Origin: Octopus vulgaris
Taxonomy: Eukaryota
Assembly (NCBI GenBank): GCA_951406725.2
Contig: OX597832.1
Coordinates: forward strand, 38,626,001-38,690,000
Direction of reading: 5' to 3'
DNA: 64,000 nucleotides
Positions 29,299 through 45,203 of this stretch are shown here, one piece after another. The translations under genes were made by a program, and so were the position numbers. The notes under the pieces were generated by a model that worked only from the letters and a program-made list of their open reading frames with translations, was not told the DNA's origin and ran no database searches. How positions within the stretch are numbered: the stretch's first letter is position 1; each line of letters begins with the position of its first letter.

Positions 29299-29641
29299 CT
29301 GAAGTACGACTAGAAATAGTTAGTGAAAAATCATCAGTAATTTTTAATTAAAATAGAAGCTTAATTCAATGATGTGTGGAGAAAATTAGTTCGAAAGTTA
29401 ATTAGATCTCTAATTAGAATATTGTGGTTTAATATAAATTGTGTTCACCCCTTCATGGATGTGAATATGAGTCAATAAATGAACGACAAGTTCTTTGGCA
29501 GACCTGCTGAAACTAGAATAAGTATTGGGGTTTCGATTCTTCTTTCGTCTAAAAAATTCAAGTCGGTGCCCCAGCATGGCTGCAGTCTAATGAGTGAAAT
29601 ATGTAAAAGATAAAAGATACATATTTGTGGATATATGTATG

Positions 29642-29696
<55 letters not shown>

Positions 29697-29705
29697 GTAG
29701 ATAGG

Positions 29706-29809
<104 letters not shown>

Positions 29810-30104
29810 TAGATCGGTAGGTAGATATACATAAATTGATAGATACACATCTATCAATATCTATATCTGTATATCTACATGTGTATCCCTATACATCAAT
29901 ATATATATATATATCTCGCCCCTCTATTTCTCCTTCCTCTCTCTCTCTCTCTCTCCATATATAAATATATATATATAAAATATGAATTAGAGATAAAAAC
30001 CACTATTAGGCAACTCAAATAATTCATATTTTATATACTTATACTGTGAAATTTGATTTAATCCTAAATCTAATTTTTCCCTGTAAGTTTGGAGCCATAC
30101 TCGC

Positions 30105-30255
30105 CGAGCAAATCGACCCCGGGACTTATTCTTTGTAAGCCCAGTACTTATTCTATCGGTCTCTTTTGCCGAACCGCTAAGTAACGGGGACATAAACACA
30201 CCAGCATCGGTTGTCAGGCAATGCTAGGGGGACAAACACAGACACACAAACACAT

Positions 30256-30290
<35 letters not shown>

Positions 30291-30445
30291 CATATATACG
30301 ACAGGCTTCTTTCAGTTTCCGTCTACCAAATCCACTCACAAGGCATTGGTCGGCCCGGGGCTATAGCAGAAGTCACTTGCCCAAGATGCCACGCAGTGGG
30401 ACTGAACCCGGAACCATGTGGTTGGTTAGCAAGCTACTTACCACA
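30105..30445 (-). mobile_element. SINE family A, tail truncated
   Basis: Close homology to 15820-16220. Confidence 0.8.
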
Positions 30446-31181
30446 TGAGTTAATGTAAGGATAAGCAAGTTGGGCAAGTCGTGATATGTATATATACATA
30501 CATATACATATATACGAAATTGCTGGCCTTCTGCCAAAATTTGAAACCAATATTTCAACAATATTTTGGAAATATAACAGCAAACGTCCCTGTAACATAA
30601 TTACAATATAACTACAATATATGTAAAATATAGCTATAACATAACTATAAGGTGACGATAATGTAACTTCAGGTATAATGCACGTGTAGTGGGAGAAACT
30701 GGTTGGAAGACCCACATTCACCAATTTGGGGCCACCCTCGACGTTATTCGTTCATTAGATCTTCTAAAGAAATTTACGATTGCTCAGACGCATATGTGAT
30801 ATACATTTGTGTGAGCGTCTATGTATGTTCATATGCCGTACACACACACACACACACACACACACGCATATATATACATGTAAGTGTGTATATACATATA
30901 TATATATATACATATACATATATACATATATATATTTGTGTGTGTGTATACATCTATACATATGTGTGCGTGTGTGTTTATATGCGGATATGTGTGTATA
31001 TGTTCGTATGTGGTGTTTGTTTTTATTTGTATGTATGCATGTATGTATGTATGTATGTATGCATGCATGTATGTATGTATGTATGTATGTGTGTATGTAT
31101 GTATATATGTATGTATATATGTATGTATGTATGTATGTATATATGTATATATGTATATATGTATGTATGTATGTATATATG

Positions 31182-31215
<34 letters not shown>

Positions 31216-31899
31216 TGTATGTATGTATGTATGTATGTGTGTGTGTATGTATGTAAAGTGCGAAACACGTCATTCCACGCTGTGCTGACAGACTTTGCTT
31301 TGTATTGGGTCTTCGTTCGTTGAATCATGTAATTCGTTTTGTAATGTGATGGAGGGCACGTGTTGGGAACATCAGAACTTCACATGAGGAACCAGTTAAG
31401 GACTTTTAATGGCAACAATGTGCAGCTTTATATGAGGGAACACACACACACACACACACACACACAATGGCACCACCTACACACAAACAACAAGAACAAC
31501 GAAACATTAACAGCGCACGACTGAGTGAGTCTCTGGGCAGTCACTTGACTTTGTAGAAATCACAACCCCATCCCTTAAATCACACGGTTATTGCTGCCTA
31601 TAAAAAAGGGAAGAATGTTTTGAAAAATGTTATTTTAAAATAAGTTGGGTGTATGTGAAAAGACAGGCTGGTTTACGATAGAGAAGGTATTTGATATTGG
31701 TTTAGTTCTGAGAGATCAGGGCTAACCTAGGTTTAAAGAGTAACAATGGCAGGAATATCAAAACCTGTCTGCAGTCATATGTAAAGAGAAACAAACAAAT
31801 AGCAGCTACGACAATCTAAGGTCGACAACAACAACATAGTGTTGTTGCTGTAACACTATGTAAAGAAGTTTTTTTTATCTATTTATTTTTTCATTTTAT

Positions 31900-32330
31900 C
31901 TCTAATCAGTAAGTGTTATTTTTTTATTTGTTTCTATTTAGAAATCAAAGAAAATGAAAACTATTCCCTTCGACCTTTGCTTTTGCGACCTGGGCATCAA
32001 TGTTTTGAAACTGACCTATTTTCCCATTACATTTCAGACAGATTCAGCACTGTGGTGCTGAAGCAGAAATATCGTTAGAGCAAATGTTCTGCTCAATACC
32101 ACAGATTTGCTTGTCAGTTGCTTGACCTTAACCACTTGAACATGTCCCTTAATGGCTGACAATATGTGCATCTCTGATCATGAGCAGGGGTAGTGGGGGA
32201 GCATCACAGCCATGTGTTGAAAGGGATTATTAGGGATTTGAATAAATGTAACAAAAGCAAAGTTTGAAGGAAATATTAGCCATTTTTCATACTTTCTAGG
32301 GATAAGCAATTAGGAAATCACAGTTGCTAC
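31900..32330. mobile_element. Old non-autonomous DNA-transposon-like repeat
   Basis: Inverted segments CCTTCGACCTTTGCTTTTG (~31967) and CAAAAGCAAAGTTTGAAGG (~32252). Confidence 0.45.
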
Positions 32331-32541
32331 TCAATGACAAACATCGTATCGCACAATATAATCAATGACATAAAAAATAATAACAATAACAATTAATAAT
32401 AAAAAAATAAAATCAATCACATTAATAGTCAACATCAACACCGTCATTATAAGAATTATTTCTATTACAGATGAAATTTTGAAGAAGGATGTACGTTTAT
32501 TACATCGACTTCCGTGCTCAACCGGTACTTATTTCATCGAC

Positions 32542-32774
32542 AAGGCGGTGAGCTTGCAGAATCGTTAGCACGCCGGGCGAAGTGCTTAGCAGTATTTCGT
32601 CTGCCGTTACGTTCTGAGTTCAAATTCCGTCGAGGTCGACTTTGCCTTTCATCCTTTCGGGGTCGATAAATTAAGTACTAGTTCGCACTGGGGTCGATGT
32701 AATCGACTTAATCCGTATGTCTGTCCTTGTTTGTCCTCTCTGTGTTTAGCCCCTTGTGGGTAGTAAAGAAATAA
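32542..32774 (+). mobile_element. SINE family B, full length, inserted antisense into another family B copy (~32470-32900)
   Basis: AAGGCGGTGAGC...GAGTTCAAATTCC (B-box)...AAAGAAATAA; 17-bp TSD GTACTTATTTCATCGAC at 32525-32541 and 32775-32791. Confidence 0.9.
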
Positions 32775-32924
32775 GTACTTATTTCATCGACCCCGTGTGG
32801 ATAAAAACAAAGTCGACCTCGGCGGATTTCGAACTCACAACGCGAAGACGAACCAAATATGGCTAAGCATTTTTGTCCAGCGTGCTAATGATTCCGCAAG
32901 CTCATAATCATAATCATAATAATA

Positions 32925-33140
32925 ACGGTTTCAAATTTTGGCACAAGGCCAGCAAGTTTGAGGGAGAAGATAAGTCGACCACATTGACCCCTGTACTCAA
33001 CTGGTACTTATTTTATCGACGCTGAAAGGATGAAAGGCGAAGTCGACCTCGGCGGAATTCGAACTCAGAACATAAAGACGGACGAAATGCTGCGAAGAAT
33101 TTTGCCCCGCATGCTAACAATTCTGCCTGCTCGCTGCCTT
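32925..33140 (-). mobile_element. SINE family B, alternative tail
   Basis: Homology; tail ...GCTGGCCTTGTGCCAAAATTTGAAAC on the minus strand. Confidence 0.85.
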
Positions 33141-34601
33141 CATAATAATATTAATAATAATAATATTCTCTAGAACAATACTCTGTGCAAAACCAAATAT
33201 ATGGCAAACTTGTCATAATATCAACTTAAACTTGTTGTCTCTTGAGGTCTCTGGGTGAGATGGTTTTTCTGTTAAGCAGCGTCGATTTTTACAGTTCTGT
33301 AAATAGTAATAATAGCATTTTATAAGAGATCAGCGCGCACTGACAAAAGAAAATAATCTAATAATGGGGTATATAAGCCCTCGACGGACCCCACACCTCC
33401 TTGTTTTCGCGACAAGCGAGCTAAAATTACAGTAGCGCATAACCTGCTTCGTTCCGTCGGATTTAAGAACTATAATTAGTTTGTAGTGTTGTTTTTGTAA
33501 ACAAACTTTCACGTGCTTGTACTGCGATATCTTTTTTGTTTAGCAGCATCGATTGTTACAATTCCGTAAATAATAATAATAGTATTTTATAAGCTTAAAG
33601 CTTATAAGCGATCACCACGCAATGACTAAAGAAAATAGTGTAATAATGGGGTGTATAAGCCCTCGACGGAAAAAAAAGTAGGTTTTCCCGTACGCCTGAT
33701 ATATCGTTCAGATGTACAAATTACAAAAGACGGAGGCGGGTGAGAAAATAAGAAAGGTGTATTAGTTTGACGCTCAGGAAATATGGAAAAGTAATTGACA
33801 TTTCGAACCTAGTGCCTTTAAAGGAAAGGAATAGGGAAAGAAAATGGAGGGAGGTAAAATAAAAAGGAGAGAGAGAGAAAAAATGACGTGTCTGGATTAA
33901 CGATTTAACATGCATACATATACTTATGGGACGGGCTTCCATTCAGTTTCCGTCCTCAAATTCACTCCCGCAAGGGATTTCTCGGTCCGGGGATATTGTA
34001 CAAAACACTTGCCCAAGTTACCGCTCAAGTGGGGCCGAACACGAAGACAAACTGCTGCAAAGCGATCTTCCTAACCACACAGCCATGCGTACGACTACCA
34101 ACTAAATTACTACGGGCAGAATATAGCAGACAAATTGCTATAAATTCTTCGTTTAAATTCTAGCATTGAAACCACAGACTTCTAATGCACTCATTTTCGC
34201 AATAAATACCAATGTCTTGGTTCCAAAAGATTTTATTAAAACAATGTAATTTGCTCCAGTCTGAAGTTATTGTCAGCCCAACCTCCATTTAGCATTTCGC
34301 AGTCTGATACCCATTAAATATGCTTGGTATATGCTGGTGCACTGCACGACCATAAGTGCAGGAGGCTGTTGTTTAATGTTGCTCTTTAGTTGGTAACATA
34401 ATGAGACGAGTGTAGGAACAGCCTCACCTGCGATGATAACACACAGGAGTCTTGTTAATCAACATAACTTTCTACTGTTATCTTTGTTCAGTATCAACGG
34501 GTAACGAACGGTTGCCGGACCAGGTGAACAAACATTGCTCTCTCCCTCCCTCTCACTTTTCTCTTTCTCTCTCTCTTCCTCTCTCTCTCTCTTCTTGAAG
34601 T

Positions 34602-34678
<77 letters not shown>

Positions 34679-34744
34679 ATGTATAGGTGTGTGCGTGTCT
34701 CTATACATATAAGCATATATGTACACATACACATATATATATTT

Positions 34745-34779
<35 letters not shown>

Positions 34780-34802
34780 CATACTCACACAAACGCACAC
34801 AC

Positions 34803-34837
<35 letters not shown>

Positions 34838-34996
34838 TGTATGTATGTATGTATGTATGTATGTATGTATACATATATGCGTGTGTGTATGTGTATACAT
34901 GTGCATATATATATATATGTATAAGCAGAAAAATGTGTAAATAAATCCATGCGTAATCAATCATATACGTCAACACACATACAATATAGTAATAAT

Positions 34997-35159
<163 letters not shown>

Positions 35160-36545
35160 TTGGAGACGGTACAAGACAAGGCAATGTGGAGTTTCATAAA
35201 AGGCGTGTAAAAAGTAAAATCTTGAAAGATTTTAATTCTAACATCAACATTCTTACCACATCCAGCGAGTCTGGAAAGAGCGACTACACCTACTCACTGA
35301 CACGGAAGTGCTGGAGACATCGTAGCCTCAGTGCGTCTATGCATAGTATCTACGCATACCCAAACCGCCATTCAGCAAGCAAGTGTTGACAGCGAATGGA
35401 GCGTATGACCAGCGGAGCGCGTCCAGCCCACAGAAAGCGGAAGAATATGCACTCCAGTTTGGTCAGACATAAACTGAGGTACAATGGGTAGACAGTAATA
35501 TATAACGGATGTAATGTAAGGATTTGTCACCTCTGCCCAAATTTTCAGAGATAGCTCTCTTTCAGCCCTATTTCTTGGCGACATTGGTCACCCTGATCGT
35601 TACCTCTTCCCAGTTTTCCGTCTGGAGATCGAGACCAAACCAGACTCCGAGAAATTTAGCCGGTCCTTCCTTCCAGCGTCCCATGAAAGGTATGGACCTG
35701 CCTCTCCAAGTGCCGAGCTATATGCCCACTAACTTCTAATTTTTGCTCCTATTACTGCCTCGTATATTTTTAGATCGGTGCTGATTGTGTCTTGTTCAAC
35801 ACTGTGACGGTGACCTCGTCTACGAATGCCGACACGGTTTCCCCACACCATAGTTCGCATGGGATGTCTCTCAATGCGTCCAGTTTCCGCAGTATATACA
35901 GAAGTAACGATGTGGTGGGAGACACCCTTGGCGGACTGAATGCGTGATGCTGAATGGCTCCAATATATAACCATTCACCCGAACTATCGAACAGATGTCG
36001 CTGTACATTGAGTCGAAACAGCCACGTAAAGCGGATCCAAAACTGGCCGCTGTAAGAACGGCCGCCAAATATTGGTAGTTGACCCAGTCATCATCGATAC
36101 GACCTAAAAATTTCGATGCAGTTCGTTCATGTCGACTCTGGCACATTCGGAAAATCCAGTCGACACCTATCAGTGGAAACGTTTGAGCAGGTTTAAAGGA
36201 TTTTGCATGCTTCCAAAATGGTGTTTCAATCACATATTAGCACAAAAGGTCGAGGCGTTCCAAGAAAAACCTCCAGACGTCTGAAAGCACCCTCGTCGCT
36301 ACAGTTCACATTGATTTACCTATTGGGTTCAGGAAGATGGCCCTTATCATGGGGACCAGCCCTCTCCAGAACAACACTGCAGTTCCATCCCCATACCCAC
36401 TCCCCGAGAAATAAGTAAATCTCGCGTCCACTAGAAATGGACATGAGAGCTCGTTGATTTGAGGTCATTGAGCAGATGGCGTTGTTGCAAGGCGGCCCTA
36501 GGTCACGTGGATTTACACTGCCTGTTCTGAGCAAGTCTATGTTAA
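35160..36545 (-). pseudogene. Internally deleted Tx1/L1-clade LINE ORF2 (endonuclease and RT fragments)
   Basis: YLAAVLTAASFGSALRGCFDSMYSDICSIVRVNGYILEPFSITHSVRQGC (RT), YEAVIGAKI, and GSVNPRDL resembling the APE N-terminus; frameshifted. Confidence 0.8.
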
Positions 36546-37414
36546 ACAATAAGAAATCATAAAAATAATGATATCGACGACATCAAATCGGATAGATTTC
36601 AATTTGCGTTTTGTGTTCTAATCGTTTGCACCACGTTTTTGACTCTTGCGGTGTTTGTTCTACAGATTCAAATTCGTCAACTGCTTTGTTAGCGTTGACA
36701 CTTTTTTTTTTTTTGTGAGATCGTTTTATGTTAACAGTATTAAAATCGCTTGCGACAGGATTAATGAGTCTACAACTGGGTGAGATTCTAAAATTTTCAT
36801 TTCTAATGCTCCAGTGTCATAAAAACCTTGAAAAACATTGTTACATACATAGAAACACACACACACACACACACACAAGCGCGTGCACACATACACACAC
36901 ACAACAAACACAAAGACATAAATACGTACATTTGTATTTTTTTCTTATTTTCTTGTTGACCAGAGTCCCTGATTTTAAAAAAAAATTATATATAACACAT
37001 AAACAGAGCCTAAAAGATTGCTTTAAAATACATGGCTTATTTCATAAATATGTCTGTTCTAGTATCGTAATAGCATTATACTATTGGTAGCTCTTTCAGT
37101 TGTATATATAATTTGATATATATATATATATAATGTAACGACATTTGAGATTTTGTCGAAGTGAATCTAGCCGATAAAAACTAATCAAATTTACGTTAAC
37201 AAATGTGATTTGGAAAGTTCGAAACCTAGGCCCTAGATTATCCACACCTGGGTTGTACATTTATTTATTTAATGTTCTTCCTACAGGTAAGATGAAATTT
37301 TTCATGCTCGCCGCCTGCAAACATCTTTGCCTGTATATTTATATAGTGAAGTGTCGTATATTATCAACTACTATTTCCAGTAAATATTGGTGCATTGTTG
37401 TACCACTGTCCTCT

Positions 37415-37469
<55 letters not shown>

Positions 37470-37559
37470 CGCATGGTTCAGTCAGGCAGGCAGAGAGAAA
37501 GACAGCCTGACAGACAGACAGACAGACAGACAGATAGATAGATATATAGATAGACAGGC

Positions 37560-37618
<59 letters not shown>

Positions 37619-38190
37619 CTGAGAGTTCGACAAGGAGGGAAAGACAGAGAGACAGAGAGATCGAATGACAGAGAGGCAGAGAGAGGCAGAGAGAGAATGC
37701 AGGGCAATGGCGAATAATGACAAACGACCATTGCTAAATGAGGAAATCGTTTGTGAAACTGGTCCAATAGATATTCTGCCAGCGGCAGCTGTTTTGGTTT
37801 TGCGAAGACATTTTACGAGTCACAATCTTTTTGCTTTGACCATTCATACAATCACATCATTCTCTCGCAACAATTACAGGACGACACTGACAGAGCTACG
37901 TCGGCTGCGGACGACTGTGTATGCGTATTGTCGTACTGCATGTTGTGTCTATGAGTGTAAGTGCATGTGTGCGCGCGCGCGTGTGTGTGTGTGTGTGCGT
38001 GTGTATGTGTTATATTATCTGAGTGAATGTAAATGTAAATTTATGCGTGTATGTTTGTGTGTGTGTGTGTGTGTGTGTGTAAGAAAGAGAGAGACTGTCA
38101 TTATGTACGGTTGTGTAAGTGTGTGTGTATGTGTGTCAGTGCTTGTGGCCTTGACTGACTCAATATATGGTGTGTGTGTGCGCGAGTGTG

Positions 38191-38226
<36 letters not shown>

Positions 38227-38271
38227 CATGTGTGTGGATATGATAGTTTGTACCTGTGTCTCTATGAGTGT

Positions 38272-39760
<1,489 letters not shown>

Positions 39761-41079
39761 GGTCGTGATAACGGCAATAATGGTACCTATACAACACATC
39801 TATGATTATAAATATGTACATGTGAGTGTGTATGTACGTGTGAGCGTATGTGTGCGTGTGTATGCGTGTGCATGAGAGTGTGTGTGTGCGTGTATGCATT
39901 TATCAAGGGCCAAACTATCTGCTCCCTGAAGAGGAAGGTTTGCCTTCACGACCTTTTCTCAGGTTCTTCTAATGCTTGACAGAAGAAAGAAGGGAGCAAA
40001 TTATCTCCAGACCAGCGACCTAGCCTCTCAGCTTTTACAGTGGACTCCTCCAAAAGCGGGAGGTCTCAAAACGGGCAACGCATTAAAAACACAGTTATAA
40101 TACATCCGGCAGGCTTCCATACAGTTTCCGTCAGCCAAATTTCACTCAGAAGGGTTTAGTTGACTCGCGTCTGTTGCTGTATAAGACCCTTGTGTCAACG
40201 TGAGGTGTGGTGGTAATAACCAACCTGCGACCAGTTTTCAAGCGAGCTTCTTAACAACGCAGCCAAGTCGTAATACGCTGCTACTACTGCTGCTGCTGCC
40301 ACTGCCACTGCTGCTGCTAACTCTGCTGCTGCTGCTGCAAGCCGAGAAGACTTCTGTTATGACCTTGTTTCTTTTGGCAACATGAAATAAGGAAATTAAG
40401 TGTAAGATGAAAATGGAAAAAATATATATATAATAAAAGAGGACGAACTGACAAGAGCAGATCTGAACTCGTGACATGTCCGCGTGAATCTATTGGACAA
40501 CTGCAGAGTAGTTAATATGACAAAGATAGCCGTTGTGATTGCTATTGTTGTTGTTGTCGTCGTCGTCGTCGTCATCATCATCATCCTTGATGCTGTGGTC
40601 GTTGTTATTGCTGTTCTAATCGTCGTTGTTGTCGCTTGGTCCATTTTGCAGTCCTGATTGAACAAGACATGATCAAAGCCGTTCCAACCGTGACGAAATC
40701 ATCTATTTGTTTTTCTTTTTCTTTTTTTTTTGTGGGGGTGGGCTGATCAGGATTATAGCATGGGTCTGCTTTACATTTGATAAGACAACAGGGTGTGTTA
40801 TTTAAAGAAGAAGAGTTGACTGTTATTTCTAGCAACCCAAGCAACCATGTAGAAGCCTTATCTCTGGCTGGCAGTTAAATTTTTGTTTGTCTAGAATTTG
40901 GTCAATCATTGTCGAGATGATCTGTAACAAAAAGCGTTCCGAACTTGACCATATCTCAACAAAATATAAAGTTCTCTTTTTGGCTTGCAGTATTTCGTCC
41001 AGCTCTTTAGTTGGTGTATACAAATCTCACCGACTTTCTTTGTCATTCACTATTCCGAGGCCGATAAAATAATATGGCA

Positions 41080-41333
41080 GTGAAGAATAAATGCACCCTT
41101 TTAAAACCTAGCCAGGCTCATGGGCCCGGTTTCCCGGTTTCTATGGCGTATGTGTTCCCCAGCTGGACGGGACGCCAGTCCATCGCAGCGTTACTCATTT
41201 TTGCCAGCTGTGTGAACTGGAGCAATGTGAAGTGTTTTGCTCAAGAACACAACGCATCGCCCAGTCCAGGAATCGAAACCACAATCTTACGATCATGATG
41301 CTGACATCCTAACCACTAAGCCACGCGCCTCCA
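41080..41333 (-). mobile_element. SINE family C (tRNA-like head; central GCGATGGACTGGCGTCCCGTCCAG block)
   Basis: Minus strand GGAGGCGCGTGGCTTAGTGGTTAGG...GGTTTCGATTCC; related head at 42831-42945; central block resembles conserved V/Meta-type SINE domains (from memory). Confidence 0.8.
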
Positions 41334-41589
41334 CTTGTGCCTAAATTAGAAACAATAATTAATATATAAAATAATAATATTTAAATATTAATGGTACATG
41401 TGCAGACGTGGCAATGTGTTAAGAAGTTTGCTTCTCAAACATATATTACCGGGTTCAGTTCCACCGCCTGGTATCTTTGGCAAGCGTCTTCTACAATAGC
41501 CTCGGGCGACCAAATTCATGTGAGTGGATTTGGTAGGCGGAAAATGGGATGGATGGATAGATGGATGGATAGACGGACGGCTTTCAAAA

Positions 41590-42230
41590 TACCCCCCACC
41601 CTTAGGAGTTCACACCCTTTTGCCAGCAATTCTGCTTCTGCTGGTACCTTCTCTGGAATGCTATGGAACTTCGCCGTCGCTTTTCACATAATTTCCTTTT
41701 GTGATTCAAAATCCTTTCCCTTTCCAGCGTGGTTTTCAGTTTGGTGAAGAGCCAGAAGTCACACGGTGCCAAATCGGGAGAGTAGTGATTCTGTCGAACA
41801 AGTAAAGCGGTGTTTTGTCTTTGACCAGAAAAGCATGAACTAGGAGATGCATTCAAAATGTGTCCGACTTTATTTTATCGCCGTCATTCTCCGCATGTAC
41901 AAATCCTCCATCAAAAGGGAATGCACGGATCCTGTGCTTATTCCCACTTCGTGAGTAATTTCCTGGATTAATTACACAAGGCTCTTCCACGACTATTCCC
42001 CGAACCTTCTCAATCGGTACCTCGTTTCGGCTTGTGGATGACCTACCAGATAGTGCCTCGCTCTCTACTGAGGTGTGGTCATGTTTGAATCGATTACGCC
42101 ACTCTTTGATCCCAGTTTTACTCCTGGCATCATCGCCAAAGATCTGCTGAATCTTCTGGATGGTTTGACCTTGAGTATCACTAAGTTTTTATTTCAAAAA
42201 TTGATGCAATATATCTGCTCCGTGAGCAGC
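41590..42230 (-). pseudogene. Mariner transposase remnant
   Basis: HYSPDLAPCDFWLFTKLK (Mariner YSPDLAP.D motif); frameshifted. Confidence 0.8.
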
Positions 42231-42743
42231 CTTTATCAAAGTACTTGAAGAGACCCAGACTGATGGGTCGAAACATATGTGCTACCTAATAAAAGTCTAA
42301 TACGAAATTCATCTTCTATTGCTCTAGCATGGCCGCAGTTAAATGACTGAAACAAATAAAAGAATAAGAGAATAAAAGAATACAAGCACGTATATAAAGC
42401 ATAAAGCCAGTAAATGTAAGAGGTAAAGCTAGAATTATCTTTCCATGTGATTACAGCCATTTCATAACCTTCTTTATGTTGTATTAAAATTACACACACG
42501 TTTCCATCAATCTTTGCTCATGTGTCTATGTGTTAAATACTAGTATGCAAACTAGTAGCTCCAGTTGTCTAAAGCAACTGGATTTGTAGTGTATACGAAT
42601 ACACAGTCTGCTTGTTTCTCTGGGATTGGTCAAGGGATGCAGGCACCTACTTTGAGAACCCAAGTTTCAAAAATCTTATTAAAGGCTACTCACCATTTTT
42701 GCGAGTCTATGGAGAAATCTCTCATGTTTGTATGTCTACGTAA

Positions 42744-42822
<79 letters not shown>

Positions 42823-42944
42823 TGTGTGTGAAGGCGCGTGGCTTAGTGGTTAGGGAATTCCGCTCACGAGCGTAAGGTCGTGAGTTCAATTCCTGGCGAC
42901 GCGTTGTGTCCTGGAGCAAGACACTTTATTTCACGTTACTCCAG

Positions 42945-43212
42945 TTTTATTTCTATTCCTGTTTTTCGTAAACCTTCCCGCTATATATATACACATATAT
43001 ATATATATATATATATATAACGGGAAGGTTTACGAAAATAAACAAAAGACGAAGGCAGGTGGAGTACAAACAAACAAATGTATTAGTATGGCGCTCAGGA
43101 ATATAAATAAAACAAGTCTTTTACGTTTCGAGCTTACACTCTTCGACAGAAAGATACACAGAAAAGAAACAAGGAGAGAAAAAAAATGCGTGTAGGAGCT
43201 AACGATCCAACA

Positions 43213-43215
<3 letters not shown>
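42945..43215 (-). mobile_element. Penelope-type short repeat (hammerhead family) with a short inverted terminal copy
   Basis: Homologous to 58297-58485; TTTTCGTAAACCTTCCCG and CGGGAAGGTTTACGAAAA are inverted around a (TA)n tract. Confidence 0.55.
43118..43153 (-). ncRNA. Minimal hammerhead-like motif with variant core CUGUCGA
   Basis: Minus strand: CTTT-CTGTCGA-A-GAGT(gtaa)GCTC-GAAA-CG-TA-AAAG; same repeat family as 58363. Confidence 0.5.
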
Positions 43216-43281
<66 letters not shown>

Positions 43282-43728
43282 TATACAGAATTTCTATCAT
43301 TGGGTGAGGAAGGAAGTGTAGGTGGTGAAAAAGGAAGAAAGGAAAAGACAATGGAATGAAGGAAGGAAAATAAAATAAAATAATAAAATTAAAGAGGGGC
43401 TTAAAGGGGGGGATCAGAGGATAAATACAATATGGTGGTTCATTCACACTGTAATAGAAATTATGCATCTATACACGTTTGTATATAGATACATGTGTGT
43501 GTGTGTGTGACCTCTGTCAAAGATCTTCAGTCACAACTTGTCTAATGACTGTGAGAGCACACAAGCGAAACTCCAGAGCAGCACGAGACCGACTCGACTA
43601 AAATAAATATGCTATTAATATCTACTGTGGTACTGAGTACTACTGCTTCCGACAGTCATCACTAAATGTTGATGATAAAAGATAAACATGAATATATATA
43701 TATACATAAATTTAAATGCACATATATC

Positions 43729-43817
<89 letters not shown>

Positions 43818-43891
43818 ATTTGATAGACAAAGATATATGTGCATTTGGATAGATCGATCGATCGATCGATAGATAGATAGATAGATAGATA

Positions 43892-44024
<133 letters not shown>

Positions 44025-44120
44025 TCAAATGAATAACAGACGATGAATGCCCTACAGCTGGATGCCCTTCCTAACGCCAACCACTTTATTAAATTTTTTT
44101 TACGGTTCATAGGATCATGC

Positions 44121-44639
<519 letters not shown>

Positions 44640-44769
44640 CTCCATGTCCCCCTACTTTTTGCTTTTTGAGCTAAAAAATTAACTAACTAACTAACGACCT
44701 CCAGGTTACAAATATTAGCACCTTCACCACACAGCCGCAGTAAAACAAAACCATAATAAACCGATTATC

Positions 44770-44985
44770 AGTAATAAGTGTATCAGGGACTCCATTCTTA
44801 TGAAGAAACAACAGCCCGTGTTGCTGCAATTACAGCACGGATTATTACAAAGTCATCAACAAATTTGGTGAGTATATACAAAACTTAGTGAACGCATGAG
44901 TATTGCTGATTTCTATCTTTCATTGACGAGGATATCATAACACCGAAACCTGTGCAGAATCTCAATATAGTTCATTAATATTGAG
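44770..44985 (+). pseudogene. Possible Penelope 3' end with degenerate hammerhead
   Basis: RDSILMKKQQPVL followed by TTGACGA...CCGAAAC near 44923-44950. Confidence 0.35.
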
Positions 44986-45203
44986 TTGGCAGTATCGTTG
45001 GCCGGGCAAAATGCTTAGCAGCATTTCGTTCGTCTTTATGTTAATGGTCAAAATTCCGCCGAGGTCAACTTCGCCTTTTATCCTTTTGGGGTCTATAAAA
45101 TAAGTACAAATTGAGCACGGTTAAGAGGAGGGGAAGGTTCAGTGTAACCGACTTAACCCCTTCCCCGAACTTGCTGGAGTTGTGCAAAAATTTAAAACCA
45201 ATA
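44985..45203 (+). mobile_element. SINE family B, alternative tail
   Basis: Homology to 32925-33140. Confidence 0.75.

Noticed and set aside
41250-41333. tRNA-like sequence (also 42831-42900)
   Set aside because: These are SINE heads continuing into a SINE body; no complete cloverleaf.
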